NCBI RefSeq assembly: GCF_006345805.1
Contig: NC_043011.1
Location: 27,292,464-27,356,463, forward strand
Direction: 5' to 3'
Source: Octopus sinensis
Taxonomy: Eukaryota
DNA: 64,000 bases
This document shows positions 1-14,190 of this stretch, in pieces (the first letter of the stretch is position 1; the number at the start of each line of letters is the position of its first letter). The position numbers and the translations under genes were made by a program. The notes below the pieces were generated by a model. That model was not told where the DNA came from, searched no databases, and was given only the letters and a program-made list of their open reading frames with translations.

Positions 1-1881
1 TTGCTTTAGCCCCGTGTCGCACTACTTGATTCTGGTTACATTGGTTTAAAATTGTTTTTGCTCTGAAGCAAGGATGTGAACAAGTTGTTACACAAGAGCA
101 TCCAGCAAAAGTCCCCCGTCATGCTAAGGTTCCGTTTGCCTTGGTAGTTGCTCTCCATCTTTGTAATATCTTGGTGGAACCTTCCTCCAAGCTCATCACT
201 CACTGCTCCGAGCTCCGAAGGGAAGAATTTGAAATGGGAGTGGAGAAAGTGAATTTTGAGTGTCATTCAGCATCCCATGTCCTCGTAATACTGTAACAAC
301 TTCTCGATACGCTTTTCGTAATCTAGTACCCGTGTGTTACCAAGGAAGCTATGGCAGATTGACTTAAATGCTTCCCATGCTCTCAGGTAAGAAGCTCCTC
401 AAAGTCCTTATCCCTCAGCACCTCTCGGATCTGAGGTCCAACGAAAATGCCCTACTTGAGCTTAGCAGAACTCAGAGCTGCGAATAGAGTGCATGAGTGT
501 TGGCCGGTAGCGCCATTTTGTCCGTGGCCTTACGAAATTCTTCCTTAAACTAAGCTTGATATGAAGAGGAGGAAGACGCACCTTGTTCATGTCCATCAGA
601 GGATTTTCTTGGACACTGTGTTCACTAGGTACAAAATTGGACCGAGATCCCCAGTCCTTCTGCTTATAGTGCTTGGACACAGCCCGACTGTTCCAGAGAC
701 AGAGAAAGCAACAGTACTTAGTGAAGCCCGCTTGCATACCCATAAGGAGCCCAATGACCTTGAGGTCTCTGCAGAGACTTCACTGGTACTTGTACTTGAA
801 AACATTCAAAAAGAGTTCCATATAGTCATACCCACTCCTTCAGATGGACTGAGTTGGCAATGGGAATGCTGGGGTATTTACTTCCATTGTGCAGGAGCAC
901 AGCCTTCAGACTTCGCTTGGAAGTGTTTATGAAATGACGCCAATCTGAGGGATTGTGTGGGAAACCACAGAAGGTGAACAGGCGAGAGATATTTGTGCAG
1001 TAGCACAACCTGTTTTCCATGTGGAAAAATGAAGCGAAGTCATGGCTTCGTGTCCTGAAACTGGTGATCCTTACATCTGCCTTGACCAAGTTCCATTGCT
1101 TAAGCCGCTGTTTAGATAGATATAAATTACGGGCAAGGTAATCCAGTGGGGCTCGTTTCCACTTGCTACTGAATAAACAGAGACATTTTTTTCAGAAGCG
1201 ATCGACTTGGCAGAATATTCCCATGAAGGCGTCTCTTCATCTGATAAAGGAAGAAGATGCTTATTTTCTGGGGTTGTAGGGACAGGGAAATAATCTGAGT
1301 GGGAAACAGGACTCATAGCTGAGGGAAGGTTGGGATATTTGATCTTTTTTTCTAGAAGAAGCATTGAAAGTTGTTATATTTGTTAGACAAAAAATAACAA
1401 TCATCTGCATGGCTTCGTGGTTCTCTCCAGACCATCGGGACAGCAAAGTTGAATGCTATTTTCTTTCCATTAAACCATGCAGATAGTCAATTGAGGCAGG
1501 GACCAGGATTTGTCCTGATCTCCAAATTTACAGTCAAAATAATGAAAATAAGCAGTTTTCAGGAGGAAGTAATTGTTCGGCGCTGTGCAACTATTGTGAA
1601 ATCCTCACATACGTAGCAGAATGAATTTGCCATGATGATGTATCCTAAGTATTTTGAAGCGCCTGAAGCCATTCTAGAGATATGTATCATATGTATCACA
1701 AAAATCTGGAAAACAAAGTAAAAATTGATCATATACATGGTTATGTGAATTGTCACAAAATCATAATAATGTATATCTCAAAAACTAGAGGTGATGAGTG
1801 AAAACTGGTTGTGTATCTGTAATCAGCATCCCAAAATTAGGCTAGAAGAACTATTTTTATGTTTGCCTCAATAAACCAGTA
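1..1881 (-). mobile_element. Degenerate DNA transposon, probably Chapaev3 (CMC superfamily)-like; transposase pseudogene about 36-1633
   Basis: Frameshifted fragments on the minus strand read FCYVCEDFT, GDQDKSW, PMVWREP..HADDCYFC, LKAVLLHNGSKYPSIP, GFTKYCCFLCLWNSRA, HIKL and LKIHFLHSH..FFP..LGAVSDE.G.RFHQDI..ME..YQG. These match a widespread animal transposase family that I recall as Chapaev3. The right terminus is approximate. Confidence 0.7.
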
Positions 1882-3376
1882 TTACCAACTCCACTGATAT
1901 GTATTTTTAAAGAGAAGGGTAGTCAAATAAAAGCTTAATTCCACGGAGAAAAAGAAATAAACAAATCTTTACATGCAATGACGTTGCAGTGTTATCCGCA
2001 GATGCTCGCTAAATCCTGGAAAAACAAAGAAAATACTGTCAGCAGAAGTGAGACATGCGCCAAGTTTTACTTATAGCCTTGTCATGTGTACATGTAGCGT
2101 CAGTCTCTTATAACCTTGTCATGTATATATGTAGCGTCAGTCTTTGTATCGTTCTCTCTATCACTCACTGTTTCTTTCTTTTTCACTTTTTCGTTTCTCC
2201 TTTTCTCTCAAAGGCTGTCATCAAGAAAATTTCAACAACGTTTTTCAGAATGAATGAAACGCTATTGTAAAATGTATGTATAAACAAGGATGTAAGAAGC
2301 AACGGATCAAACAAGGGACCTACAGACATATTGTTTATTAGGTTCTCATTCTTTTAAAGCAATCACATTATGTATTGTGTAGAAGATAGCCATTTCCCCC
2401 TTTCTTTTGTAGCTTACTACAACACCCTGGCCCTTGGTTGTATTTAGCGTATTCTGCTCTATTGTAAGCATTCATATCTAGTTTTCGGTAAAAACCTTTT
2501 TTTTCCTCCACTCTTCAACAATGATCGTTCTGTAAGAAATACCCACACAGAAATACTTCTAGCATCACTACCAGATTTACATCCAATTCCACACTGCACA
2601 CACTTGGCAAACCTCATGCAGGCGCATCCTTTTCCCTTCCACCGGGCTCAACTATCTTTAAAAACATCCAGTGTAAAAGTGACCTCTAGTCATTTCAAAC
2701 TGACAAGTTCACCGGTCCTGGCAATGTCCCTCGCATTACCCCCAAACATAGCCCCTGTGCACCCCAATTTGTTCAATCTTTCATTCTAGAGGGACATATA
2801 TTCTATCTTTGGAAACACGTTATAGCATAGTCACACCAAAGAAGAGTAATCCAACCACACGATCTTGCTCAATATCATCTTACCACATTCATTTCTAGTA
2901 TCTTAAGATACGGTAACAGATATTAACAAGAACGTTCTCCGACACCTTGAATGCTCTTTCTCCTCATTCATCATCACTACGGTTTCTGTGAAGTGAGATC
3001 CTCGGATATCCTTTATGTTCCCCACAAGTGTGCTCTCTCCTTAAGAAAATTTTATGAAAATAATTATTTTGCCCTGACATCAGCAAAGGTTTCGACTGAG
3101 TTTTCCATGCAAACTTCCTGTTAAGACTCATCACTTGGATCGGTAGCTGTGCATACATTCCTTTCTGTTCCAAAACTATATCAACTCTAGTGTCTCAGTG
3201 TGCGGTTTTATATTCATCTCCCATCATTTTACAAGTTGCATCACAGAAATTTTGAAATGTTTATCTGGAGAAACATTTATCAATTTCGAAGATGTACAAA
3301 ACTCTAATTTTCGTTAAAGTATGATCCTCTGACTTCAATGTACTTATTGTAGTGTTCCAGGCATTTTATGAAGGTC

Positions 3377-4120
3377 TCATAAAAGTCCTCCAAAATGAAG
3401 GCGTCTAGGACCCTTATCACAGCCTCCTTCATCCTTCATCTTCTCATTGTCTTCAAACGACCACCCCCACCCTATTAAAAGTTCTCCTTCAGCTTGAGGA
3501 ACAACCAAAAGCCACAGGAACCAAGTTGACTGTAGACAGGGAAGATGTGGGACAGTACTGATTCCTATCTCTGACAAGTAGTTGGTTGCCAGGGTGGAAT
3601 TGTTGACTTGTGCATTGTCCTGGTAGAAGTGCCGCCGACCCGAGAGGAAGAGGTCTGGCCTTTTGCAACGAAATATTTTCCTGAACTCCCTCAAAACATT
3701 CCTAAAATATTCTTTGTTGACTGTCTAGCCAGAGGGAACAAAATGGTTGTAGATTATACCTTTACTATACAAAAAGGAAATCATCATGTACTTCCTGGTG
3801 GACTTGCTTTGTCTGATCTTCTTGTGTCTGAGGGAGCCAGGATGCTTCTATTTGGCACACTGTCCCTTAGTGTCAGGATCATAACAGTAGATCCAGCTTT
3901 CGTCAGGAGAGACTCGATTACTCTTGGAATTACTCAGCTCAGCCATTTCCTCTCTGTCACCAACGGGTCTTTCTTTCTATTTGTCACTGAGGACTCTGAG
4001 AACAAACTTTGCACAAATTTTGCACATGTTCAGATCTTCATAAATAATTCTGTGTATAGTTGCTACGCTAACTCCAAACTATACTTACTGTCCTTATAGG
4101 CAAACGACCTTCTTCATTCA
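3377..4120 (-). pseudogene. Mariner (DD34D-type) transposase remnant
   Basis: Minus-strand translation with stops and frameshifts: DESWIYCYDPDTK, GQTVNKEYF..LREFRK..R.KRPDLF..G..HFYQDNA, GISTVPHLP. Confidence 0.85.
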
Positions 4121-4532
4121 GGAAAATCCAAATTTTCTCAACAAGCTCTGATAATCTGTTTTCTTCTCTTTTTCACTAAGCTATTTATTTACAGATAGAT
4201 TTTAGTTATTTAATGTTCAATATTGCCCGAGGAAATGACTTGGTTATGTAATGATATAATGTTATGTAATATGCAGAATAACGCATTATTGCATAGCTAT
4301 CCTCGCTATGGACTCCTGTGTCACCTAATCTGAGTTATCCATTCCTTTATTATATTATGCATCGTGTAAAGGTGCAAGCGTTTTGCGGTTACATAAATGG
4401 ATTTACAAGTTGCTTAAAATCATAATGCAACGGTTAATATTAAACCACCTTTGATAGTGATAGGTTGATTGGTTATGATTATTTATGTATTGTTTCCGAG
4501 TCCCTTCTTTAACAAATATACGTTGGTGGGCT

Positions 4533-4569
4533 GTATGTATGTATGTATGTATGTATGTATGTATGTATG

Positions 4570-4600
<31 letters not shown>

Positions 4601-4915
4601 TTATTCAGTTAATTTCAAGATGTCTTGCCAATAGAGAAAGAGTTACTTCATTGGAATTTCAACATCTACAACAGGGTATGTATGTATGTATGTATGTATG
4701 TATGTATGTATGTATGTATGTATGTATGTATGTATGTATGTATGTATGTATGTATGGATGGATGGATGGATGGATGTGCAGGTTTGTATGCTTTTATGTA
4801 TGTATTCTCATGCATATAGTTGCATATCTAGACATGCTCACATATATTCAAATGATAAACTTCTGGAAAGTTTTACAGATTTTTACAGTTCCATGTATGT
4901 ATGTATGTATGTATG

Positions 4916-4949
<34 letters not shown>

Positions 4950-5061
4950 TGTACGTATGTGTGTGTGCGTATGTATGTATGTATGTATGTATGTATGTAT
5001 GTATGTATGTATGTATGTATGTATGTATGTATGTATGTATGTGTGTGTGTATGTATGTATG

Positions 5062-5090
<29 letters not shown>
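4533..5090. repeat. Compound (TATG)n/(TGGA)n microsatellite arrays
   Basis: Visible tandem repeats; source of the MYVC/TYIH pseudo-ORFs. Confidence 0.97.
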
Positions 5091-5092
<2 letters not shown>

Positions 5093-5107
5093 CCCTCGAT
5101 ACACGAA

Positions 5108-5279
5108 TGTATAGGCGCAGACGTGGATGTATAGTGAAAAATTTGCCTTCCAGCCACAAAGTTCCGTATCAGTCCCACCGTATGGCATCTTGAGCAAATG
5201 TCTTCTATTACAGTTACGGGCCTACCAAATCCTTACGAATGGATTTGGTGGACAGAAACTGAAAGAAGCCTGGGGTGTA

Positions 5280-5316
<37 letters not shown>

Positions 5317-5410
5317 GCCTATATCAATATGCGTATGTGTCTATGTTTGACAACCAGTGTTGGTTTGTTTACAGCAGAAAAAGGGACTGATAGATTAAGT
5401 ACCAGGTTTG
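5108..5410 (+). mobile_element. SINE family A copy (degenerate)
   Basis: Similar to the other A copies: ggcgcag head, cttgagcaaatgtcttcta, ggaaactgaaagaagcc, internal (TA)n. Confidence 0.7.
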
Positions 5411-6544
5411 AAAAAATTAATAAGGATGGTCAATAATTGAAGAAAGAGAAATATACAAAATAAATCTGAGTTGAAGTAATTTGAGACTTAAATGTTTTTT
5501 AATGATGTATTTGTGTTCTTTCCGAGTTACATATTAACTATTTTTTGCATTTCCGAATTTCTCTCACCCGGCGCTTGGACAGAGGATTTTCTTCTTTCCT
5601 GTGCTAAAATAACACCTTATATTTTATTAGTAGGCTTTTGGTATTTCCAGGCCGATTAATTTAATATATTAATGCGTTCTCCTAACTCAAAATTTACAGT
5701 TGTAATCGACCTAGTTTTCAAAATTTCCACCCTCTTTCAGGTTGTTATGTAAAATAAATTATTCTAGGACACAAAATCTGGTCTGAAGATTTGTAACAGT
5801 GTTGTTCCTGCTAATGCAACCTACGATAGTGGTGCTAAGCCAGGCGACAGATTAATCTACCATTCATGAACGAATGATCATATCGGTAGGCTTCCACAGT
5901 TTTTCTTTAATAAATTTCACTTCCAGGACTTTCATCGACCCGATGCTACAGAAGACATTTCTCGAAGCTAAAACTACAACAAAGCGAAGTTGTTAACGAC
6001 CCAGCCAAAAGCAGAAGGTAAAGATACTATGCGGAAAATGTTGAGATCAAATGATGTTTATATATTCTTCAATGTTATCATCGACTGAGTAATATAAGTA
6101 AGATTTTACTGGGAATTGTAAATCAGGTTATTTGCTTGCCGTGTACTCATGTTATGCTGTTTTTCGGTACTCGCCTAAATGCAGCATTAATGATTATGTA
6201 AATATATAACTGCAACAAAAATGTAAAGCAATTTTCTAAAGTTTCACTTAAATTATGGAAGCATCTGAAAAGTTTACAATACAACCCATTACTTAGCCGC
6301 CGGTTGGAGAATACTTCAGTACAGAATACTATACTTAATTATATAACTTTCCGAGTAAAAGAATCGGCTAATTTTAGAATTGCTTTTAACATTGAAATAA
6401 TTTCCAACGAATTTATTCCACTCAATAATTTCTTATAACTGTTTGCATTTCCGATAAAAATCGTGTTTATACATTACGTTACATTACATAAATATACACA
6501 TACATATAAAGATATATAGATTCGTATATAAAAACATACATGCA

Positions 6545-6615
<71 letters not shown>

Positions 6616-7475
6616 ATATACATATATATGCATATGCAGCTATGTAAATGTATACTTACATCGGGGCACACACTGAATATCATGTTTCCGAGCTTCAACT
6701 AATGTTTTCACAATCGAATTACTTTAATTCAATACTACAAACATTCGCATGCTTTTCTTCATAAACGTTCTTCTGATATTATGTTGAAACTCCATCATAT
6801 ATCAAAAGCTGATGTTTTAAAAATATTGATTTCAACGTTCATCAGTTTCTAGCAGTATATAATTCTAGGAGAATACGAAAATAATGTTTTGACAACAGGG
6901 GAACAAAAATGAACAACAATACTAAGAGGATTAGTTATGCTGTTTTCTTAGACTGAAATATTTAATGAAAGACTGAATCTTTCTTGTATCGTGTTTATTT
7001 GATTCGTTTCAGATATAAAAAAAAAATGCTAGCAATGATCTTAATTTGTTAACGTATATTAGATATCGCTTAAAGCAAACTTTGGATTAAAAGGATAAGA
7101 AAGAGTAATATATAAATATGTATGTGTACATATGTAAGTATGGATCTACGTTTCTATGATTTACGCGCGTATGTATTCATGTATTATATATGTCTCCATG
7201 TTTATATGTGCGTTGAATGCCTGCCCACATGTGCGTTTGTATGTGCGTAGGTTTTCATCACCCTGTAGATATGTATGCATGTTTATGTGTGTGTGCGTGT
7301 GTGATAATTTATATATGCATGAGAAGATCGTACGTACTATCTTACGTTTGCTAAATGGTAATCGTAAAAACTCACCTCAATATAGGTGTGCTCAAATACT
7401 AATTTCCAACGGGACGGGATGCTGTATTCTGCCATGTGAAGTATACAACACTGATTTCAATTAATTGGGTACTCT

Positions 7476-7710
7476 TTTACTCTTTTACATGTTTCAGTCA
7501 TTTGACTGTGGCCATGCTAGAGCACCGCCTTTAGTCGGGAAAATCGACCCCAGGACTTATTCTTTGTAAGCCTAGTACTTATTCTATCGGTCTCTTTTAC
7601 TGAACCGCTAAGTTACGGGGAGGTAAACACACCAGCACCGGTTGTCGAGCGATGTTGGGGGGGGACACAGACACACAAACATATACATGCACATACATAC
7701 ATATACATAT

Positions 7711-7761
<51 letters not shown>

Positions 7762-7855
7762 CGACGGGCTTCTTTCAGTTTTCGTCTACCAAATCACAAG
7801 GCATTGGTCGGCCCGAGGACACTTGTTCGTGTGTCACATATATAGCTAGAAGCGA
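7476..7855 (-). mobile_element. SINE family A copy (5'-truncated)
   Basis: Reverse complement of the A consensus including the tail ggcggtgctctagcatggccacagtcaaatgactgaaac and an internal (CA)/(TA) tract. Confidence 0.85.
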
Positions 7856-8526
7856 TGGCCTCTTGGAGCTAATCAACGACAGCATTCGTCCTATATTTCT
7901 GGACTGCCATATTAACTTGGGGATAACTAGTAATCATTTCCTTTGATTTCTAGATAGAAGCAATTCTAGATGGAAGCAATCCTTTCTGACAAAAAAATAA
8001 ACAAACAAACAAAAAAAAACAAATAAATAAATAAATAAATAAATAAATAAAATGACCACTAGATTATTTCTTGGTCTCTATGTGTCTGATTCATAAACCG
8101 TATTCCTTTCACAAATGAGGGTGTTCACTAAGTATTTGTTACAGAAGTAGAATTCTTCACGAATAACACATTCAGCTTTTGGTGTTATTCAAACGAGATC
8201 TCGTAAATCTTAATAGTTATTACCCTATTGGTGTTTGTGCAGCTTACTGAGACATTGCTACAGTGAAATGATGTACGATAACCGTGACATCATGGGAAAT
8301 GTGTACTACTGATGTATCTCACTTGCAGATTAGATACATTCGATTAGAACGAATCCAATAATAAGTAATACTTATCTTATCGATTCTCAGTGGACGAAAA
8401 GCAAAGACGACTTCAACTGAAAAAACACAGGTAAACAAGTGAATTCTGCAAGGCATTTTGCGCGATTAAACCTACATACTTCACGCAAGAACATATTCAT
8501 ATATACGCATATACTTATATTCCTTA

Positions 8527-8908
8527 CTAGCAGTATCGCCCAGCGTTGCTCGGGTTTGTAAGGGAAATAACTATACAGCATTTTTAGAGAGTTATAGCCA
8601 AAAATAGCAAAAAAATGCATTAAAAATGGAAAAAATATGATGGTAAATTTTTTTAAAAGTCGTTGACTCATCGTAAACATTTTTAGAGAGTTACTTCCCT
8701 TTAAAAAAATATGCATGAAAATGGAAAAAAATGATGGTAAATTATTTTTAAAATCGTAGACAAGCGCTAATACCCAGAAGGGCTCGATATAAATCACGAC
8801 TATAAGATACCCGGTTTTGGTTAAACTGCACCGCAAAATGTGGGAGTAGTTAGGAATTTAAATCGAAGGGGACAGACACTCACACAACTACAGTTTTATA
8901 TATAAAGA
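8527..8908 (-). mobile_element. Non-autonomous Helitron
   Basis: On the minus strand: A|TC start (tctttatatataaaa), subterminal hairpin cccgagcaacgctggg, CTAG|T end. Homologous to 36618-36911, with an internal duplication. Confidence 0.85.
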
Positions 8909-9174
8909 TATTCCTGCATACATTCGCTTACATACTGTAATGTTGTTTCTATAGTGCTTCAGTTACATTGTACATATCTGAAAGGGCAAAACCGTACTTA
9001 GCTAGATATGCGTACAGATGTATGCGCTGGCTGATAACCCGAATATACCATTTTTAATTTAGTATATCATGCAAATATGTAATTTTTGCTGCACGTAGAT
9101 TTAGCAACTTCTTATTATTCATGTCTGCGAATCCAACTCATCATCTGTTCCTTGTGTCATTACTAACTTTTCCT

Positions 9175-9290
9175 GCAAGTTTCATCAAATACCGTTTACA
9201 ACTTTTCGAGTTATCTTGCACACAGACGGACAGACAGACAAACTAACACCGATGAAAACATAACCTCCTTCCTTGGCGGAGGTAATAAGA
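9175..9290 (+). mobile_element. 3' end of a Helentron-associated (DINE-1/HINE-like) element
   Basis: gttatcttgcacacagac..(caga)n..gatgaaaacataacctccttccttggcggaggtaataa, i.e. short microsatellite plus terminal stem-loop typical of this class. Confidence 0.5.
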
Positions 9291-9647
9291 TAAAATAAAG
9301 CAATAAAGGAATGAGAGAAATAGAGAAAATCAGGAAAAATGCGTAAAAAGTAAAAAGAGAGAGAAAGGAAAAAAAATTCAAGGTATCCACAGCACAGAGT
9401 ATATGACTTCAACTGATTCGGTAAATAAATGTATCTGCGACTAAGTGACAGATGTGCAACGAGTGAGTTTGGTATTTAATATATAAAAATAGTATTACAA
9501 TTAGGAAATAATGATGTAGACGAAAGCGAATGTAACGATGTACTTCGAATGACTAAATTAGTAAATAATGATGCGTCACCACACAAGTAATATGTATATA
9601 TACACATATATTTATATGTATGTAATATATACATTTATACATACGTA

Positions 9648-9678
<31 letters not shown>

Positions 9679-9679
9679 A

Positions 9680-9890
9680 TGAAGTTAATCCAAACATGAA
9701 AGTAAAAAAAAAACACAAGAACGCGAGGACGTGGAATAAATATAGCATTATTAGACGCTCAGGAAAGAAGGAAAGAAGGAGGGTTTAACGTTTCGAGCGG
9801 AGCTCTTCGTCGGAAACATAGGAGAAGGAAAGATCCCGAGAAGGGAAGACAGAGGAAAAAAAAACGCCAACGGTACACACGCGGTCACAA
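9680..9890 (-). mobile_element. PLE-type terminal-repeat fragment with HHR-like motif (9783-9817)
   Basis: Minus strand GUUU-CCGACGAA-GAGC(UCC)GCUC-GAAACGUU-AAAC; flanked by (TA)n. Confidence 0.55.
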
Positions 9891-9917
9891 TACATATATA
9901 TGTAAATATATATATGC

Positions 9918-10062
<145 letters not shown>

Positions 10063-11041
10063 AATATATACATGCATACACAAACACACATATACTCATA
10101 TACATTGTCTCACAGAAGTATGTACATCCCTAAAATATTTAAGAAAAATTGCTATTACTCTGATAATATCGAAGGTGATCAAACAAAATTTGTACTGAAT
10201 AAAATATATTATACATGCAAATATTATGCAAATTTGGAACACGAGACAATAAACATTTTCAAAGGTATGAACGAAATATTAATTTTCCAACGATACAAAA
10301 ATATGTACACCCTAAAGGATTATTTGCTATATTTAATATTTGGTGTGACCGCCCTTGCTTTTAATGACTGCAAGAAAGGGAGTTTACTAAGAAAAAGAAG
10401 AGCGGGAGAAATTTCCCTTAAGGGAGAGAACTGCTCAAGGTTTTTTTCTTTGCGTTATTATTATGCGATGTATTTTATTATGAGTGAGAGAATATGTAAA
10501 AGAATATTTACATATAATTCATTTTTTTCTTGTTTCGGATGTCCAAGTAGGTGCTGATAACGTTATTTCGCGCTCATTAAAGCTTGTCAATACAATGCAA
10601 CTTGGGATCATGGAACTAGATGATCAATGTTCATTTAAAACATTTAGGAATTATATACGATCGATATCCTTTTCTTCCTTCTTTTCTTCTTCTTGCTCTC
10701 TTAACAGTGGAGAAAAGAAGTGAAGATATATATATATCGCAAGTCTCGCGATCATCAGTGCAACATCTCCAACCAGTCGGCTAGGCACCTTCACATACAG
10801 ATACAATCTATTTGAGGATTTTGTCTAAGCAAGCGTGAGGTAATCGCAGAAATATCAAGATATTACGCATTTAATTTTTAACATTTATAAGAAATCTATA
10901 AAGAGCAACAAAAGGTTAATTGTAAAATGAACTTTATGCGACAAAAGCAAAAAGAAAATGCAATTCATTGAAATGGAGACTGAAATAAAAATTACTCTGT
11001 AGCATTTCTCAGCCTCTGGCGACTGACGTTATGCATTGTTG

Positions 11042-11091
<50 letters not shown>

Positions 11092-11384
11092 GTTAATTTA
11101 TAACTATGTAATCTAATGAAGGAGGCCAGGCACATAGATTATTCAGATTACCAATCAATTTAGAGTTGTTGAGTAGTAGTTGTTTAACCCAGCGTCTTCG
11201 CTGATCATGTACGATTACGATCAAAAGCATTGTAACAAAGCATCCGTCTTACATTTTCGGACATAGTTTATCCAGGACTACATAACTGAATGAGCCTTAT
11301 TGCTTTTGGATGCTAATCTTAGGGTGACGCAATAACTCAGACCCTAGGTGTTTTTAATTGTGCGTGTATATCTATCTATCTATT

Positions 11385-11579
11385 TTTTTCCTCTCCCCAT
11401 TCCTTTTTTTCCCTCTCCCCCCTTTTTTTAAAAAATCCTCCCCTTTTTTTCTCCTCTTTCTTTCCTTTTACGATCCCTTTTGATCGAAAACCAACCCCCT
11501 TTTTTTACCCCCAAAAGAAAAGCTCTACCTTGTAATTTGTTCTGTCTGTGTGCAGCCCTGTGTGGCTAATAAAGAAACA

Positions 11580-11640
<61 letters not shown>
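11385..11640 (+). mobile_element. 3' UTR end of a LINE (probably Tx1/L1-like) with (ATCT)n tail
   Basis: Pyrimidine-rich tract, then ttgtaatttg..cagccctgtgtggctaataaagaaacat, then (atct)n. Closely similar copy at 13945-14190. Confidence 0.55.
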
Positions 11641-11641
<1 letters not shown>

Positions 11642-11643
11642 AT

Positions 11644-11677
<34 letters not shown>

Positions 11678-11693
11678 ATAATATATACTATAT

Positions 11694-11853
11694 ATAGGCG
11701 CAGGCGTAGCTGTTTGGTAAGGAGCTTGCTTCCGACCAAATGGTTCCAGTTTCAGTCCCATGTCTGGTACCTTGGAAAGTGTCTTCTACTATAGCATCGG
11801 GCCGACTAAGGCCTTATGAGTGGATTTGTTAGACGGAAACTGCAAGTACGTCA

Positions 11854-11886
<33 letters not shown>

Positions 11887-12040
11887 GTATATGTTTGTCA
11901 CCCCACCATCGCTTGATAACCGATGTCGGTGACTTTACGTTCTCAAAAGAGACCGATCGAACAAGTACTATTCTTACGATTTGTTCGACTAAAAGCGCTA
12001 CTCCAGCATGGCCGCAATCAAATTACTGAAACAAGTAAAA
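11694..12040 (+). mobile_element. SINE family A, near full length (tRNA-like head, CORE-like segment)
   Basis: ggcgcaggcgtagctgtttggtaaggagcttgcttcc..ggttccagtttcagtccc..ccttggaaagtgtctt; internal (TA)n; tail gctactccagcatggccgcaatcaaattactgaaacaagtaaaa. Confidence 0.85.
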
Positions 12041-12419
12041 TAAAAAAAATATCTATCTATCTATCTATCTACCTACCTACCTACCTACCTACCTATATTT
12101 CTATCTGTCCATCTCCATTGTAATGGAAAAAACAAAACAAAACAAAAACAATGTTCTCTTCTAAACAACCCCACCAAAGAAACATCTGTTTTATAGAACT
12201 GAACAAGCTGTTTCTATATTCACAAAATTCCATATGACAAGTTCGAGAAACGAACGAAAGCGCTAATAATAATGAAGAAATAAAAATATTTTTTTTCCAA
12301 AATTCTGACGACTTTTTTCTCAATATTCAATCACACCTAACACTCTAAACACCCTCCCCCCACACACATGCATACATATATGTACATATATATGTATATA
12401 TATATATATATATATAAAT

Positions 12420-12635
12420 ATATATCTGTGTTTGTCTCCCACCCCACCACTTGACAACTGGAATTTACGTGTTAATCTCTTCGTAACGTAGCGATTCGGC
12501 CGAAGTGTACGATAAAATTAGTAGAATTCTTAAAAATTTAAGCGCTGGGGTCGATTTGCTCAAGCAAAATTCTTCAAGGTTGTACCCCAGTATCGCCGCA
12601 ATCTTCTGACTGAAACGAATAAAAGTTAAAAGATA
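12420..12635 (+). mobile_element. SINE family A 3' half
   Basis: tttgtctccc..cttgacaac..ggggtcgatttgctc..cccagtatcgccgcaatc..ctgaaac. Confidence 0.7.
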
Positions 12636-13108
12636 AAAGAAATTAAACAACTTCAAAATCAAACCCAGATTTTGAAACTGTTAACAAAGTGATACTAAAG
12701 TCTTTTTCGTTGCTTTTTTAAGTAGCTAGATGAAAATTAATCATATTCTACTTTAGAATTGTATTAGCTTATACCTGAATTTATTAAAATCGTGTTATGT
12801 TTCTCCATTTAGTTTTCATCATATAAACATTATGCTGTATATATGGTACAATATCTAAAATTTGTAAGTGAATTAATAGATCTGAAACAGTCCCTGTTTT
12901 AGAGCGCATTAATTTGTATCTATCAAATACAATTTAGCGCTTTACTTTTCATGGTCTATTTTATATTTTAAGTATATAATTAGACTATCTCTGGAGAACT
13001 GGAAGATCCAGAAATCCGGGATATTTCCTGTTTCAACCTTTTCCGGATGATTAATCCGGTTCTGCATACACTTCCGACACACCCATACATACATTCATAC
13101 ACACAACA

Positions 13109-13178
<70 letters not shown>

Positions 13179-13212
13179 AAGGATGGAAAGCTCTGTATAC
13201 ACGTGGGATAGG

Positions 13213-13403
13213 TATATAAGAAAGAAAACAACTGTAAAAGTCACAGAAAGTTTGTGTAATAAACTTTATGGTGAACTTTGAAACATGTTACATCATTACA
13301 TCATAACCAATACCTATTTAATTTGTAATGATGTAATATGTTCCTAATATCATAATAAATGTTATTACACAAACTTTCTGTGACTTTTATATTTCTTTTC
13401 TTT

Positions 13404-13412
<9 letters not shown>
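13213..13412. repeat. Imperfect inverted repeat among (TA)n tracts
   Basis: aaaagtcacagaaagtttgtgtaataa versus ttattacacaaactttctgtgactttt. Confidence 0.8.
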
Positions 13413-13463
<51 letters not shown>

Positions 13464-13511
13464 TGCACATATATACTTATATACATACATAGACATTTAT
13501 ATATGTATGCG

Positions 13512-13543
<32 letters not shown>

Positions 13544-13840
13544 TGTATGTATGTATGTATGTATGTATGTATGTATGTATGTATATATATATATATATAT
13601 AATATATATATATATATACTTGCATTCGCGGGCAATAACTAGTTTTCTTCAATGCATCTTGTCCAGGCCTGCGAATAGATGTGTAGATACATTGCCAACC
13701 TTATATTTAATGATTGAGTCTGAAAAAAAAAGATGCTGATGATAATGATGATTGTAATGCTTCGATGAGTATGTTCCGTGAAATTACTATTGTCGTTGTG
13801 TGACTGTGTACGCCTGTTGTCTCCATGTCTATGTCTCCCT

Positions 13841-13911
<71 letters not shown>

Positions 13912-13944
13912 CATCATGACATTTTTGTGATACACATTCCCGAT

Positions 13945-14111
13945 TGATCGTTTCTTTCTTTCTTTTTTTCTTTTTTACGATCCCTTTTGACGAAAACCTA
14001 CCCCTCCCTTTTTATTTTTTCTTTAAAATTTTTTTTTCTCTCCAAAAAGAAAAGCTTTACTTTGTAATTTGTCCTCTATGTGTTCAGCCCTGTGTGGCTA
14101 ATAAAGAAACA

Positions 14112-14190
<79 letters not shown>
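13945..14190 (+). mobile_element. Second LINE 3' end with (ATCT)n tail
   Basis: Similar to 11385-11640; (ATCT)n both upstream (13840-13910) and downstream. Confidence 0.55.

Noticed and set aside
2300-3180. Possible piggyBac or LINE remnant (Cys-rich CACMRFAKCVQC)
   Set aside because: No diagnostic motif could be confirmed.
4543-5197. Long ORFs such as the 216-aa MYVC repeat ORF (also near 15336, 37984, 50135, 57827)
   Set aside because: Translations of (TATG)n, (TA)n and (CA)n microsatellites. The only real coding part is the GIY-YIG segment inside 57827-58342.
13260-13310. Possible HHR in the 13213-13412 palindrome (GAAACAUGUU)
   Set aside because: No CUGANGA core or helix I partner found.
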